Source: Candidatus Omnitrophota bacterium (GTDB lineage: Bacteria > Omnitrophota > Gorgyraeia > Zapsychrales > Zapsychraceae). Taken from it: a DNA stretch of 64,000 bases. Location: NCBI GenBank assembly GCA_015233405.1, contig JADFXT010000012.1:2075-66074 (forward strand), given 5' to 3'. Below the pieces are notes generated by a model, which worked only from the letters and a program-made list of their open reading frames with translations, was not told where the DNA came from and did not search any database. Positions 54,073 through 63,637 of the stretch are shown here, piece after piece. Each line of letters starts with the position of its first letter. Within the stretch, counting starts at the first letter, position 1. The translations under genes were made by a program, and so were the position numbers.

Positions 54073-55057
54073 GAAGCTTCCGTGGGCCGCGATAACGGTC
54101 TTGTGCGTCGCTCTCTTATTTGAGATCTTTAACCGGGTTTTTGATGACCGGATGTATCCGTTTCCTTATGACGGATTGCGGATGAAGATCAAAAATCAGA
54201 TCTCTCAGACCCGGGACACCGGCTATGATGTCTTGATCATGGGGGATTGTTTTAATCTGCACGGGATCAATCCGCTTATTATTGAAAAAGAGACGGGCCT
54301 GAAGGTCTTTAATTATGCGACCCATTCCGATTATACGATCTTAACGTCGTATATTCTTCTCAAGAATCATTTGGAGCATAACCGCAAGAAGCCGTCGATT
54401 ATCGTCATAAACTTTATTCCAGAATTGACTGTTTATGGATACAATGCTTTTAATAAAAGAAGCTTGCCGTTTTTATTTGATATAAAGGAAGGAAACTTTT
54501 TTACATTGATGAAGGAAATTGGATTTCAAAAGGCGGTCCAGCTTCAATTTTATTCGTTAAAGAATTCACCATTTTTCTCTGAGTATAAATTTGTAAGCGG
54601 CTTGGCGGATGCCAAGGAGATTAATGATTTTAAGAAAAGCGTTTGGGAGGAAAAAGGATATTATAGAAGGTACGGAGAAGGCGTCTACACGGATTATTAC
54701 GCTCCTCGGCCGTTTCGCTATCAATATCGGCCCAGCCCGTTCTTTGAAAAATATTTGCGAAAGATCTTAGATCTTGCCAGAGAAAATCATATTTTTGTCT
54801 TTTTCCCGATGATCACAGCCCCCGAGGACGTTTATGAAAATTTATATCGTCCGTCGTATATGATTGAGCTTTACTTTTCTTTCCTGGCGAATTTAAAAAA
54901 AGAATATCCGAATTTATTTTTCTGGGGATGGCAATCAGAATTCTCCAACTGCAAGCTTTACCGCGACACGGTTCATTTAAATCATAAGGGATGCGCGCTT
55001 TTTAGCCAAAAGATCGCTCAAATGATCTTTACGGCTCAGCAGAAAATGCAAAAGTAG
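54017..55057 (+). CDS. Membrane-anchored hypothetical protein, SGNH-like partner of the MBOAT
   Basis: N-terminal anchor LPWAAITVLCVALLF. Block-I-like IMGDCFN and block-V-like DTVHLNHKG. Overlaps the MBOAT 3' end by 56 nt, or less if a later start is used. Confidence 0.5.
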   Translation: MSFSMESRVENNSFTFNFKKLPWAAITVLCVALLFEIFNRVFDDRMYPFPYDGLRMKIKNQISQTRDTGYDVLIMGDCFNLHGINPLIIEKETGLKVFNYATHSDYTILTSYILLKNHLEHNRKKPSIIVINFIPELTVYGYNAFNKRSLPFLFDIKEGNFFTLMKEIGFQKAVQLQFYSLKNSPFFSEYKFVSGLADAKEINDFKKSVWEEKGYYRRYGEGVYTDYYAPRPFRYQYRPSPFFEKYLRKILDLARENHIFVFFPMITAPEDVYENLYRPSYMIELYFSFLANLKKEYPNLFFWGWQSEFSNCKLYRDTVHLNHKGCALFSQKIAQMIFTAQQKMQK

Positions 55058-55142
55058 CCTTACTTGTTGCCTGCGAGGGCAATTTCATCCGCGAATTGAT
55101 CCACAGCGTATTCTTAAAAGCCCAAGATTCTAAAAGGAGGGT

Positions 55143-55667
55143 ATGGATATGAAAGTGATTTCTATTTTGCCGATCCTTGGGATTTTGATGTTAATACATA
55201 CCCCAAAGGCAAATGCTTTTCCCAAAATGATCTTATCAAGCCCTGATTTTGAGAATCAGGGGGTCATTCCCGTCGAGTTTTCCTGCCAAGGAGTGAATGT
55301 CAATCCCGCTCTTGAAATCCAAGGGGTTCCCGAAGGGGTAAAAAGTTTGGCGTTAATCGTCGATGATCCTGATGCCCCGTCCGGCGATTGGGTGCATTGG
55401 GTTGTTTTTAATATTCCGGCGGAACAAAGGACCATAGAAAAAGGTGCTGTTCCCGGAATTCAAGGCGTCAATGATTTTCGGACGATTAATTATGGCGGGC
55501 CATGTCCACCGTCTGGGCCGCCGCACAGGTATTTCTTTAAGATCTATGCATTAGATACAATGCTAACCCTTTCTAAGGGTGTGACCAAAAAACAGTTGGA
55601 AAAAGCCATGATTGGGCATGTTCTTGACCAGGCACAGATTATTGGCCTTTATCAGACAAAAAATTAA
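55143..55667 (+). CDS. YbhB/YbcL-family PEBP (Raf-kinase-inhibitor-like) protein, secreted
   Basis: Signal peptide. DDPDAPSGDWVHWVVFNIP and GPCPPSGPPHRYFFKIYALD. Confidence 0.85.
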   Translation: MDMKVISILPILGILMLIHTPKANAFPKMILSSPDFENQGVIPVEFSCQGVNVNPALEIQGVPEGVKSLALIVDDPDAPSGDWVHWVVFNIPAEQRTIEKGAVPGIQGVNDFRTINYGGPCPPSGPPHRYFFKIYALDTMLTLSKGVTKKQLEKAMIGHVLDQAQIIGLYQTKN

Positions 55668-55696
55668 TTTATTAAGCGATAGACCTAGAAAACATT

Positions 55697-57946
55697 ATGG
55701 TACGCCGAGACCACGCAAAACTTATTTATGATATTAGCGAGATAAGCGGCCTTTTTGCAGATGCAAATAGCCTCGAGAATTTCTTGCAAAAAATTGTAGA
55801 ATTAGTGGCCTTGCACATGCACTGCGATGTCTGCTCGATTTATCTTTATGATGAGAAGCAGCAATTATTGACGTTAAAAGCCACCCAGGGGCTTAAGGCG
55901 GGTGCTGTAGACAGGGTTAAATTGAAATTAGGGGAAGGGTTGACCGGGTTGGCAGTTAAGGAGCTTCGGTCTGTTCGGGAACGAAATGCCAGTAAAGTGA
56001 CCGGGTATCAATATTTTCCTGATATCGGCGAAGAACCGTTCGAATCTTTTCTGGCTGTGCCCATTCTTCGAGGCCAATCTCGCATCGGTGCGCTGGTCAT
56101 TCAAAATACTCCTAAAAGTTTTTTTAATGATAATGATGAATATGCCTTAAAGGCCATTGCTTCTCAGCTGGCGAATACCATTGAATCTACGAAGCTTTTG
56201 ATTGAATTAAAGGAAAAGCCGTCGACGGCGGAATTGGCTGTTTCCCCACAGGGCTTAAAATTTATCAAAGGCCGCGTCGGGGCCCAAGGGCTCGCTTATG
56301 GGCAAGCTTTTATTTTTAGGGCGAGAAACCTTCTTGAGGATGCGTATCAGATAAGCCAGAAACAGTCTTTGGATCTGGATGATTTTTATCACTCTGTTGA
56401 AGAGGTTGAACAATATCTTTTGGATTTACAGCAAAAAGTGGAGGAGCGGCTTTCCGACGTGGCGTCATTGATCTTTACCGCGCAGATCCTCATGCTCAAA
56501 GACCCGTCTTTGATCGATTCGATTGTCAAAGATATTGATGCTGGGATCCATCCGGCGGTCGCGGTTGTCAGGACCACGGAACAATATATCCGGATGTTTG
56601 ATAATCTTCCTAACCAATATTTAAAGGAAAAACGGGAAGAGGTTTTGGATATTGGGCGGATGATCTTAGAGTCGTTGGCTGGCCGTTTAAAAACCTCGTT
56701 GGATTATACCGACAAGGTCGTCATTTCGCGGGAGCTTTTATCGTCGGATATTTTAAAGCTTTCGTCCCAAAAAGCCGAAGGGGTTGTGATCTTAAGCGGT
56801 GGGATCACGTCTCACGTTTCGATTCTGGCGCGTTCGCTGGGTATTCCTTTAGTGATTGCGGAAGCCCCGCAGCTGTTATCCTTATCCGCACAGGATTATG
56901 TGTTGTTAGACGGTGAGCAGGGAAATGTTTTTATTAATCCTGAGGCTGATGTGGTCGACAAATTCAGGATCCAGCAAAAAACGGCTTTGAAGGCAAAAGA
57001 ACTTAGTTTAAATTTTACCCGTGAGACCTTTACAAAGGACGGCGAGCGCGTTTACTTGTTCGCGAATATTAATCTTTTAAACGACGTCCATGTCGCGCAG
57101 CAAATGAAGGCCGAGGGGATCGGGCTTTACCGCACGGAATTTCCTTTTATTGTCCGCAGCAATTTTCCGTCGGAAGAAGAACAATATTTGATCTATAAAA
57201 AGCTGATTGATGGCGCGCCAGGACAGGAAGTCACGTTTAGGACCTTAGATATCGGCGGAGACAAGGTCTTGTCTTACTATGATTATGAAAAAGAACGGAA
57301 TCCTTTTTTGGGTATGCGCTCGATCCGGTTTTCTTTAAAACACAAGGATGTCTTTAAGGCCCAATTAAAGGCGATCTTGCGTGCCGGCGGTGGGGCCAAT
57401 CTTCGAATTATGTTCCCGATGATCTCTTCCTTGGATGAATTCCGGGAGGCGAAGGAAATTGTCTTGGAATGTATTTATGAATTGTCTTCCGCGCGAATCC
57501 TGTGCCATAAGAACCCGCAAATCGGGCTTATGTTGGAGTTGCCGTCGGTGATTGAGATCATGGAAGAACTCGCCCAAGAGGCGGATTTTTTTAGTCTTGG
57601 AACGAATGATTTTATTCAATATATGCTCGCGGTGGACCGGACGAATGAAAAGGTGGCGGATTTGTTTTTGCCGCATCATCCGTCTATCCTCAGGGCTTTT
57701 AAACGGATTGCGGATGTGTGCCAGAAATACGGGAAAGACCTCTGCGTTTGCGGCGATATGGCCCATGATATGAAGTATATTAAGTTTTTCTTGGGGATAG
57801 GGATCCACAAATTCAGCCTCGACCCGCAATATCTTTTAAAAGTTAAGGAACAATTTTCCGAGATAGAATATTCGTCCTTGAAGAAAAAGGTCGAAGATAT
57901 ATTGGCTAAGGGAACAGTTAAAGTTGTGAAAGAATATTTTGCTTAA
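55697..57946 (+). CDS. ptsP: GAF-domain phosphoenolpyruvate-protein phosphotransferase (EI-Ntr type)
   Basis: N-terminal GAF (CSIYLYDE..LTLKATQGL). Phospho-His region GGITSHVSILARSLGIPLV. C-terminal PEP-utilising TIM barrel (GLYRTEF, FFSLGTNDFIQY). Confidence 0.9.
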   Translation: MVRRDHAKLIYDISEISGLFADANSLENFLQKIVELVALHMHCDVCSIYLYDEKQQLLTLKATQGLKAGAVDRVKLKLGEGLTGLAVKELRSVRERNASKVTGYQYFPDIGEEPFESFLAVPILRGQSRIGALVIQNTPKSFFNDNDEYALKAIASQLANTIESTKLLIELKEKPSTAELAVSPQGLKFIKGRVGAQGLAYGQAFIFRARNLLEDAYQISQKQSLDLDDFYHSVEEVEQYLLDLQQKVEERLSDVASLIFTAQILMLKDPSLIDSIVKDIDAGIHPAVAVVRTTEQYIRMFDNLPNQYLKEKREEVLDIGRMILESLAGRLKTSLDYTDKVVISRELLSSDILKLSSQKAEGVVILSGGITSHVSILARSLGIPLVIAEAPQLLSLSAQDYVLLDGEQGNVFINPEADVVDKFRIQQKTALKAKELSLNFTRETFTKDGERVYLFANINLLNDVHVAQQMKAEGIGLYRTEFPFIVRSNFPSEEEQYLIYKKLIDGAPGQEVTFRTLDIGGDKVLSYYDYEKERNPFLGMRSIRFSLKHKDVFKAQLKAILRAGGGANLRIMFPMISSLDEFREAKEIVLECIYELSSARILCHKNPQIGLMLELPSVIEIMEELAQEADFFSLGTNDFIQYMLAVDRTNEKVADLFLPHHPSILRAFKRIADVCQKYGKDLCVCGDMAHDMKYIKFFLGIGIHKFSLDPQYLLKVKEQFSEIEYSSLKKKVEDILAKGTVKVVKEYFA

Positions 57947-58053
57947 GAACTGTTTTTAAGATAATTTAATTGGCTTTTGTTTTGACTTCATTCCTTTCTT
58001 TGTGATATAGTTCATCTCTTTAATTTTTATCAAAATAGAAAATCGAGTTTTTT

Positions 58054-60069
58054 ATGAAAGACATCCTGTCTGAGTTAAATCCCCAACAGAAAGAATCCGT
58101 GTTGCATAGAGGCGGGCCGTTATTGGTCGTGGCTGGCGCTGGGTCAGGCAAGACCCGTGTCATTACGGCGAGGATCGCGCATCTTATTAAGGATGGTGTC
58201 TCTCCAGATGAAATTCTAGCGGTGACGTTTACCAATAAGGCCGCTGGAGAAATGAAGGCCAGGGTTTTTAAGTCGGTTCAAGCGCATGTCACGATCGGGA
58301 CGTTTCATTCGGTGTGTTTACGGATTCTTCGTCGGGAAGGGCGGCTTGTGGGGTTAAGGGACGGTTTTACGATTTACGACGACCAGGACCAGACTGCTGT
58401 CATTAAGGAATGCCTCAAGGAACTTGGGATTAATCCCAAAGAGGTCAATCCCAACCATTTTTGCGATAAGATCAGCCAGTGTAAAGACAAACTTTTAACG
58501 CCGGATGATATTAAAGACAATGTAGAATATGCCGAGCCGCATTTTGTCGAGATTTATGAGGCGTATGAACGTAAGCTTGCTCAAAACAATGGCGTTGACT
58601 TTGGTGGCCTGATTGCGAGAACGATCGAATTATTTAAAAAGCATCCGCCCGTCTTAGCTCGCTACCAGGACCTTTATCGCCATATTCTCGTCGACGAATA
58701 TCAGGACACCAATCATGCGCAGCATGCGTTCATTTATTTGTTGGCCCAGAAATACCAGCAGATCACCGTCGTCGGCGATCCGGACCAGTCCATTTACGAA
58801 TGGCGCGGAGCGAATATTGAGAATATCTTAGAGTTTGAGAAGATCTTTAAACAAGCGACTGTCGTCCGTTTGGAGCAGAATTACCGGTCGACGAATACTA
58901 TTTTGAAAGCCGCGAATGCCATTATTACGCATAATATTTGCCGTAAGCATAAAGAGCTCTGGTCGGATAAAGGCGAAGGCGAGCTTATTGAACTTAATAA
59001 GCTGACGGATGAGCGCGCGGAAGCGCATTATTTAGTCCGGAAGATCGCCTCGTTAAAAAGCGAAGGCTACCGGCTTAATGATATGGCCGGGTTTTACCGG
59101 ACCCACGCGCAGTCGCGAGTCTTGGAAGAAGAGCTGATTCGCGCCGGGATTCCTTATAAGATCGTCGGAGGCGTTAAGTTCTATGCCCGGAAAGAGATCA
59201 AAGATTTTTTGGCGTATTTAAGAGTGATCCTTAATTCCAACGATGAGGTCAGCCTCTTAAGGATTATCAATACTCCCCGACGAGGTATCGGCGATGAAAC
59301 TGTAGAATTGGTTAGAAAGTTTTCATTCAAGAATTCGCTTGGCCTTTTTGACGGCCTGAAAGCTTTTTGCCAGGCCCCGGAAGTTTCGCCGAGAGTTAAA
59401 CGAACGTTGACGCAGTTTTGCGCGCTGATTGAGGGATTTAAGACGTCCAGAACCGCATTGTCATTCAGCCAACTTTTAGAAACTGTGATGGAGGATTCCG
59501 GATATCTAAAAGCCCTTGAGGCCGAAAATACGCTGGAGGCAAAAACGCGGATTGAGAATATTAAGGAATTTTATGGATCCATTATGGATTTTGAAAAATC
59601 TTATGCCGGCACACAGGACGTTCTCGAGGCGTATTTGGAATATATCAGCCTGCAGACAGATATTGATTCCTGGCAGCATGAAGAAGAGATCTTTACGATG
59701 ATGACCCTTCACAGCGCTAAAGGCCTTGAATTTCCGGTGGTGTTTATCTTGGGGATGGAAGAAGGCATCCTCCCGCATATGAATTCCATTTATGAATCGG
59801 CTAAAGAGCTCGAAGAGGAGCGGCGGTTGTGTTATGTGGGCATTACGCGTGCGAAAGAAAAAATTTTCTTAAGTTATGTGGAAACGAGAAAGATCTTTGG
59901 GCTAAGCAAGTTTGAACGTCCGTCAAGGTTCTTATCCGAGATCCCGCCGCATTTGTTAAATGAGCCTGTATCGATAAAAAGGAAAAGCTCTCCGTACGGT
60001 TTTCGTGACGATGATGTTTGGGATTCTTATCAGGATGTCCCTAAGCCCGGGTCGAGGTATTACCGCTAA
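58054..60069 (+). CDS. UvrD/PcrA/Rep-family ATP-dependent DNA helicase
   Basis: AGAGSGKT, ILVDEYQDTN, QNYRST, TLHSAKGLEFPVVF, RRLCYVGITRAK. Confidence 0.9.
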   Translation: MKDILSELNPQQKESVLHRGGPLLVVAGAGSGKTRVITARIAHLIKDGVSPDEILAVTFTNKAAGEMKARVFKSVQAHVTIGTFHSVCLRILRREGRLVGLRDGFTIYDDQDQTAVIKECLKELGINPKEVNPNHFCDKISQCKDKLLTPDDIKDNVEYAEPHFVEIYEAYERKLAQNNGVDFGGLIARTIELFKKHPPVLARYQDLYRHILVDEYQDTNHAQHAFIYLLAQKYQQITVVGDPDQSIYEWRGANIENILEFEKIFKQATVVRLEQNYRSTNTILKAANAIITHNICRKHKELWSDKGEGELIELNKLTDERAEAHYLVRKIASLKSEGYRLNDMAGFYRTHAQSRVLEEELIRAGIPYKIVGGVKFYARKEIKDFLAYLRVILNSNDEVSLLRIINTPRRGIGDETVELVRKFSFKNSLGLFDGLKAFCQAPEVSPRVKRTLTQFCALIEGFKTSRTALSFSQLLETVMEDSGYLKALEAENTLEAKTRIENIKEFYGSIMDFEKSYAGTQDVLEAYLEYISLQTDIDSWQHEEEIFTMMTLHSAKGLEFPVVFILGMEEGILPHMNSIYESAKELEEERRLCYVGITRAKEKIFLSYVETRKIFGLSKFERPSRFLSEIPPHLLNEPVSIKRKSSPYGFRDDDVWDSYQDVPKPGSRYYR

Positions 60070-60232
60070 AGCTAAAAATATTTTTTTCTGGAATAGAAAA
60101 AGTTTTATGCTATTCTATTTCAATCGTCAGCTGTTTTGAAAATAGAAAATCGAAAATAGAACGCAATCAGGTTTGTCTGTTTTCTGTTGTCCATTCTCGA
60201 TTGCTCTATTTTTCGACAAAGTCGAAAAATGT

Positions 60233-60321
60233 GGAGAGGTGCCTGAGTGGTTGAAAGGGCCCGCTTGGAAAGCGTGTGACTGTCGTAAGATGGTCCGAGA
60301 GTTCGAATCTCTCCCTCTCCG
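60233..60321 (+). tRNA. tRNA-Ser (anticodon GGA)
   Basis: Acceptor GGAGAGG/CCTCTCC, anticodon loop TTGGAAA (with one C-T mismatch in the anticodon stem), long variable arm, T arm GAGAG TTCGAAT CTCTC. 89 nt. Confidence 0.85.
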
Positions 60322-60331
60322 TTTGATTTTT

Positions 60332-60360
60332 TTGACATTTTGTAACTTGAATAGTATAAT
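60332..60360 (+). promoter_or_regulatory. Perfect-consensus sigma70 promoter upstream of the integrase
   Basis: TTGACA (60332-60337), 17-nt spacer, TATAAT (60355-60360). The 7-bp inverted repeat tgtaact/agttaca brackets the -10. Confidence 0.55.
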
Positions 60361-60448
60361 AGAGTTACAAAAATCTTAAGCCCTCTATAAGATGATGGTG
60401 CCCAAAAGGTGCCCAAGTTTAACCATCATCAAAATGGAGGGCTTTTTT

Positions 60449-61480
60449 ATGGCAACGTTAAGAGCAAAAGGCGGGCGTTACTTTGTTGATTATCGAGTCA
60501 ATGGCCGACGGGTCCGCAGGGCCATCGGTAAATCAAAAAAAGTTGCGGAATTAGCGTTAAAAGATATTGAAGTAAAAATCGAACGTCAGGAAATCGGATT
60601 CGTCGAGAAAGATATTGAATTAAATAAGCTCTTCGAGGAATTTGCATCCTACAGCAACACTCACCACGCGCCATCTTCACAAAATCGCTACAGGGCCATT
60701 ATCGATAATTTTAAAAGATTCCTGTCAGGTTCTCCTTACATTAAGAAAATATCTCAATTGACGCCGAAGTTTATTGAGGATTATCAGGCGCATCGTAAAG
60801 GCCAGGGCGCGGCAAACAAAACAGTCAACGTCGAGCTGATTTGTTTGCATTCGATGTTTACCCTTGCCGTGAAATGGGGATATGCCAGACATAATACGGC
60901 GCAGGGGGTAAAACCGCTTAAAGAAGAATCTAACAAGAAGCCTCGTTTTTTGAGCAAGGAAGAATGTAAGGTTCTTTTGGAAAATGCAGGAGACTTTTTT
61001 TATCCGATTCTTTACGCGTTCTTGCATACGGGCATGAGAAAAAGCGAATTAGAAAATCTCACTTGGGCGGATGTTGATCTGGAGCGCAAGAAAATCAAAA
61101 TTCGTTATAAGGATGATTGGAGCCCAAAAACTTCCGAACGTGAAATACCCATAAGTGGCGGCCTCTATGATTTGCTGATAAAGAGAAAGGATCATGTAAA
61201 GGGAAGAGGATGCCCATATGTCTATAATCGATGCAACATGAAGCTTGATCCGAATTATTTACGGAAAAAATTAATGTCGCTTACGGAAAGGTGCGGTTTC
61301 CCGGATGTGACAAAAATCCACAGTTTACGCCATACCTTTGCCAGCCACTTAATTATGGGTGGTGTGGATTTGCCGACAGTCAAGAAGCTCCTTGGTCATG
61401 CAAATATCGAAACGACCATGGTCTATTCGCATTTGGCCGATGAACATGTGGATAAAGCCGTTGATAAGTTAAACTTTTGA
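60449..61480 (+). CDS. Tyrosine-type site-specific integrase
   Basis: N-terminal SAM-like domain. The R..HxxR..Y catalytic set is visible as GMRKSEL, HSLRHTFASHL and GHANIETTMVYSH. ATG 60449 follows GGAGGG; 60392 and 60434 are in-frame alternatives. Confidence 0.85.
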   Translation: MATLRAKGGRYFVDYRVNGRRVRRAIGKSKKVAELALKDIEVKIERQEIGFVEKDIELNKLFEEFASYSNTHHAPSSQNRYRAIIDNFKRFLSGSPYIKKISQLTPKFIEDYQAHRKGQGAANKTVNVELICLHSMFTLAVKWGYARHNTAQGVKPLKEESNKKPRFLSKEECKVLLENAGDFFYPILYAFLHTGMRKSELENLTWADVDLERKKIKIRYKDDWSPKTSEREIPISGGLYDLLIKRKDHVKGRGCPYVYNRCNMKLDPNYLRKKLMSLTERCGFPDVTKIHSLRHTFASHLIMGGVDLPTVKKLLGHANIETTMVYSHLADEHVDKAVDKLNF

Positions 61481-61548
61481 ATTTATTGGATAAATTAAAT
61501 AAAATTGACAATACTACTTATGGGTAGTATACTTCCAGTGAGGTTAAA

Positions 61549-62244
61549 ATGAATAAAAAGACGACATATATTCAAGAAGAGCAAAGACGGATAGCCAGTT
61601 TGGTAACCAAGAAATTTAAGGCATATTATCTGACCGGAGGGACGGCGTTAGCCTTTTATTTTGGGCATCGTTTTTCTGAAGATTTGGATTTTTTTAGCCA
61701 AAAGTATAGGAAGAGTGATCCTGATAAGATTATGAAGTTCGTCGCGGAAGCAACAGGATTTGATTATCAATTGGATGCCGTGCAGGATGATCCTAAATTA
61801 ATTCCAATGAAAGTTTATTTCATGGAATTAAAGGATAAACAGGTGCTGAAGATTGATTTTGTTAAAGATTATATTGAAAACATAAAACAGGTAAAAAACG
61901 GGATACATTCTGTGGATGATATTTATCTTCGCAAGTTGTATACCGCGATTGGTGTTCAAGGGAAAGAATCGGACACCGGACGTGCGATAGCTACTGGGAG
62001 GCAAAGCGCTAAGGATTTATTTGATATTTATTATCTTTCTTCCAAGCATAAACCTTTGTGCGATGTGTTCTTTGAATATTTCTCTTATGATAAAGCAGAA
62101 CGGCTTGACGCTTGGTATAGAGGATTTGATAGAACAGAAACGAAGTTGAGCCTAATAGACTTGGTTCCGGGCATTGATACCGGAAAACTTTTTAAGCATT
62201 TAGACGGTCAAATTATAAAAAAGATTCCCGATAAATTAAGATAA
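61549..62244 (+). CDS. Nucleotidyltransferase, AbiEii/AbiGii toxin family-like
   Basis: YLTGGTALAFYFGHRFSEDLDFF matches the GGTAL...R.S.DLDF NTase motif of AbiEii-type toxins. Confidence 0.65.
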   Translation: MNKKTTYIQEEQRRIASLVTKKFKAYYLTGGTALAFYFGHRFSEDLDFFSQKYRKSDPDKIMKFVAEATGFDYQLDAVQDDPKLIPMKVYFMELKDKQVLKIDFVKDYIENIKQVKNGIHSVDDIYLRKLYTAIGVQGKESDTGRAIATGRQSAKDLFDIYYLSSKHKPLCDVFFEYFSYDKAERLDAWYRGFDRTETKLSLIDLVPGIDTGKLFKHLDGQIIKKIPDKLR

Positions 62245-62253
62245 GGTGGGGAT

Positions 62254-62742
62254 ATGAAAATCAATTGGTTGTGGGATACCAGATTAAGCGAAACAAGGGT
62301 TAAGAAGATTCTGGAAGATGAAAAGAACCCTCGCTTTTATATTTACGCGGAAAAATTGTTTTCCCGCGTTGGTAGTCCGCAAACGGCTTTCAGTTATATC
62401 CCAAAAGAGGTCTTTTGTCGGCAGTGGCCTGTTATAAAGCAAAGGATTGATAAGGACGCTTGGAGTAAGGGAAAAGCCGACTCTTGGCAGAAAATCTATG
62501 ACCAAATATCTGCGCAATTAGACGTCCATGGCAATGCTTTATCGGAAAGGATGGGTATTGCGCAACAGATTAAAGAGGTTCGCCTTCAGCTGGGTTATAC
62601 ACAGGTAGAAATGGCAGAAAAATTGGGAGTTATTCAGCAGTTTATATCCAAATTGGAAACAGGCAGAGAAAATTTGACCATTGATACTTTAAAGCGCATA
62701 GCGGATGTTTTTGAAAAAAAATTAATTATTCGTTTAGGTTGA
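62254..62742 (+). CDS. Protein with a C-terminal XRE-type HTH domain
   Basis: The C-terminal IKEVRLQLGYTQVEMAEKLGVIQQFISKLETGRENLTIDTLKRIADVF is a classic HTH_3. The N-terminal roughly 95 aa is unassigned. Confidence 0.7.
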   Translation: MKINWLWDTRLSETRVKKILEDEKNPRFYIYAEKLFSRVGSPQTAFSYIPKEVFCRQWPVIKQRIDKDAWSKGKADSWQKIYDQISAQLDVHGNALSERMGIAQQIKEVRLQLGYTQVEMAEKLGVIQQFISKLETGRENLTIDTLKRIADVFEKKLIIRLG

Positions 62743-62754
62743 AAGGGGGACGGC

Positions 62755-63159
62755 ATGTTTGACCTTATTAGAAAAAATAAGGCCCATTTGGGGGATCATA
62801 ACTTTATGATTTTATGGTTTGAGGCACTTTTATTTTCTGTCCTTTTTGGGGCAGCATTTCATTCTTGGGTTGTTTTTGGATCGATGTTTTTAGGCTTGTC
62901 TTTCTTGCTCAGCAGGATCAGGGGAATGATATATATGGCCTATGTTATGAGCATCCTATGGGGCTTTATTGCCTTCTCAATCGCTTATAGCATAAGCTGG
63001 GGGTTGGCCATGGCAGCGGGAGGATCGTTCTTCCTGATAGGGATTAAGGCGCATTTCGCTGGGTTAAAGAAGCGGGTGACTTATAAACGTGTTTTGGTAA
63101 AACAGAGCTATATTGAATGGCGAAGGAACGGTTATCAAGGATGGCAGAATTTAAATTAA
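62755..63159 (+). CDS. Hypothetical membrane protein (3-4 TM)
   Basis: Hydrophobic helices and a GGGGGA-type RBS upstream. No motif recognised. Confidence 0.45.
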   Translation: MFDLIRKNKAHLGDHNFMILWFEALLFSVLFGAAFHSWVVFGSMFLGLSFLLSRIRGMIYMAYVMSILWGFIAFSIAYSISWGLAMAAGGSFFLIGIKAHFAGLKKRVTYKRVLVKQSYIEWRRNGYQGWQNLN

Positions 63160-63317
63160 GGAGAATTATTCCGGGGCCAACAAAGCCCAGGTTCCATGAC
63201 AAGGACAAGGTTGAAAATTATCTGCATGAGGACGTTTGTTCTGGACGGATGTCATTATATGATGCCCAAGTTCAGATTGCTAATGATTGGCTGAGCATTT
63301 ATAATAAAATCAATTGA
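63117..63317 (+). CDS. Hypothetical small protein
   Basis: The ORF overlaps the previous gene's end, with an alternative ATG at 63141. No motif recognised. Confidence 0.3.
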   Translation: MAKERLSRMAEFKLRRIIPGPTKPRFHDKDKVENYLHEDVCSGRMSLYDAQVQIANDWLSIYNKIN

Positions 63318-63637
63318 TGCGTCGTGGGGCGAAGCGATTTTTCTTGATTTTAGTTTAAGAGGTGGTAGGGTTAATTTAACAACATTAATTCGTCCCGCGT
63401 TTGAAGGGGGGAGCCCCGGACGTTAAAAAAGTAAAACTTTTGTGGTCATAAGACTGCGAAGTTTTTTTATTTTTAAAGAAATATTTTGGAGATAAATAGC
63501 GTGGAGTACAGAATCATAAAGTTAAAACGTGCTGTGCTTGATGGCGCTTATATAGGATGTCACTATCTTCCTGCATATCCAGAACGAGATGGCGCCGGAA
63601 ATTTGAATACAGAATTATGTTATTTATTGTGGCTTAA

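Noticed and set aside
58032-60153. A 15-nt direct repeat, aaaatagaaaatcga, on both sides of the helicase gene (58032-58046 and 60139-60153), as possible insertion boundaries.
   Set aside because: The sequence is short, A-rich and of low complexity. The helicase is a core housekeeping gene and there are no other signs of mobility.
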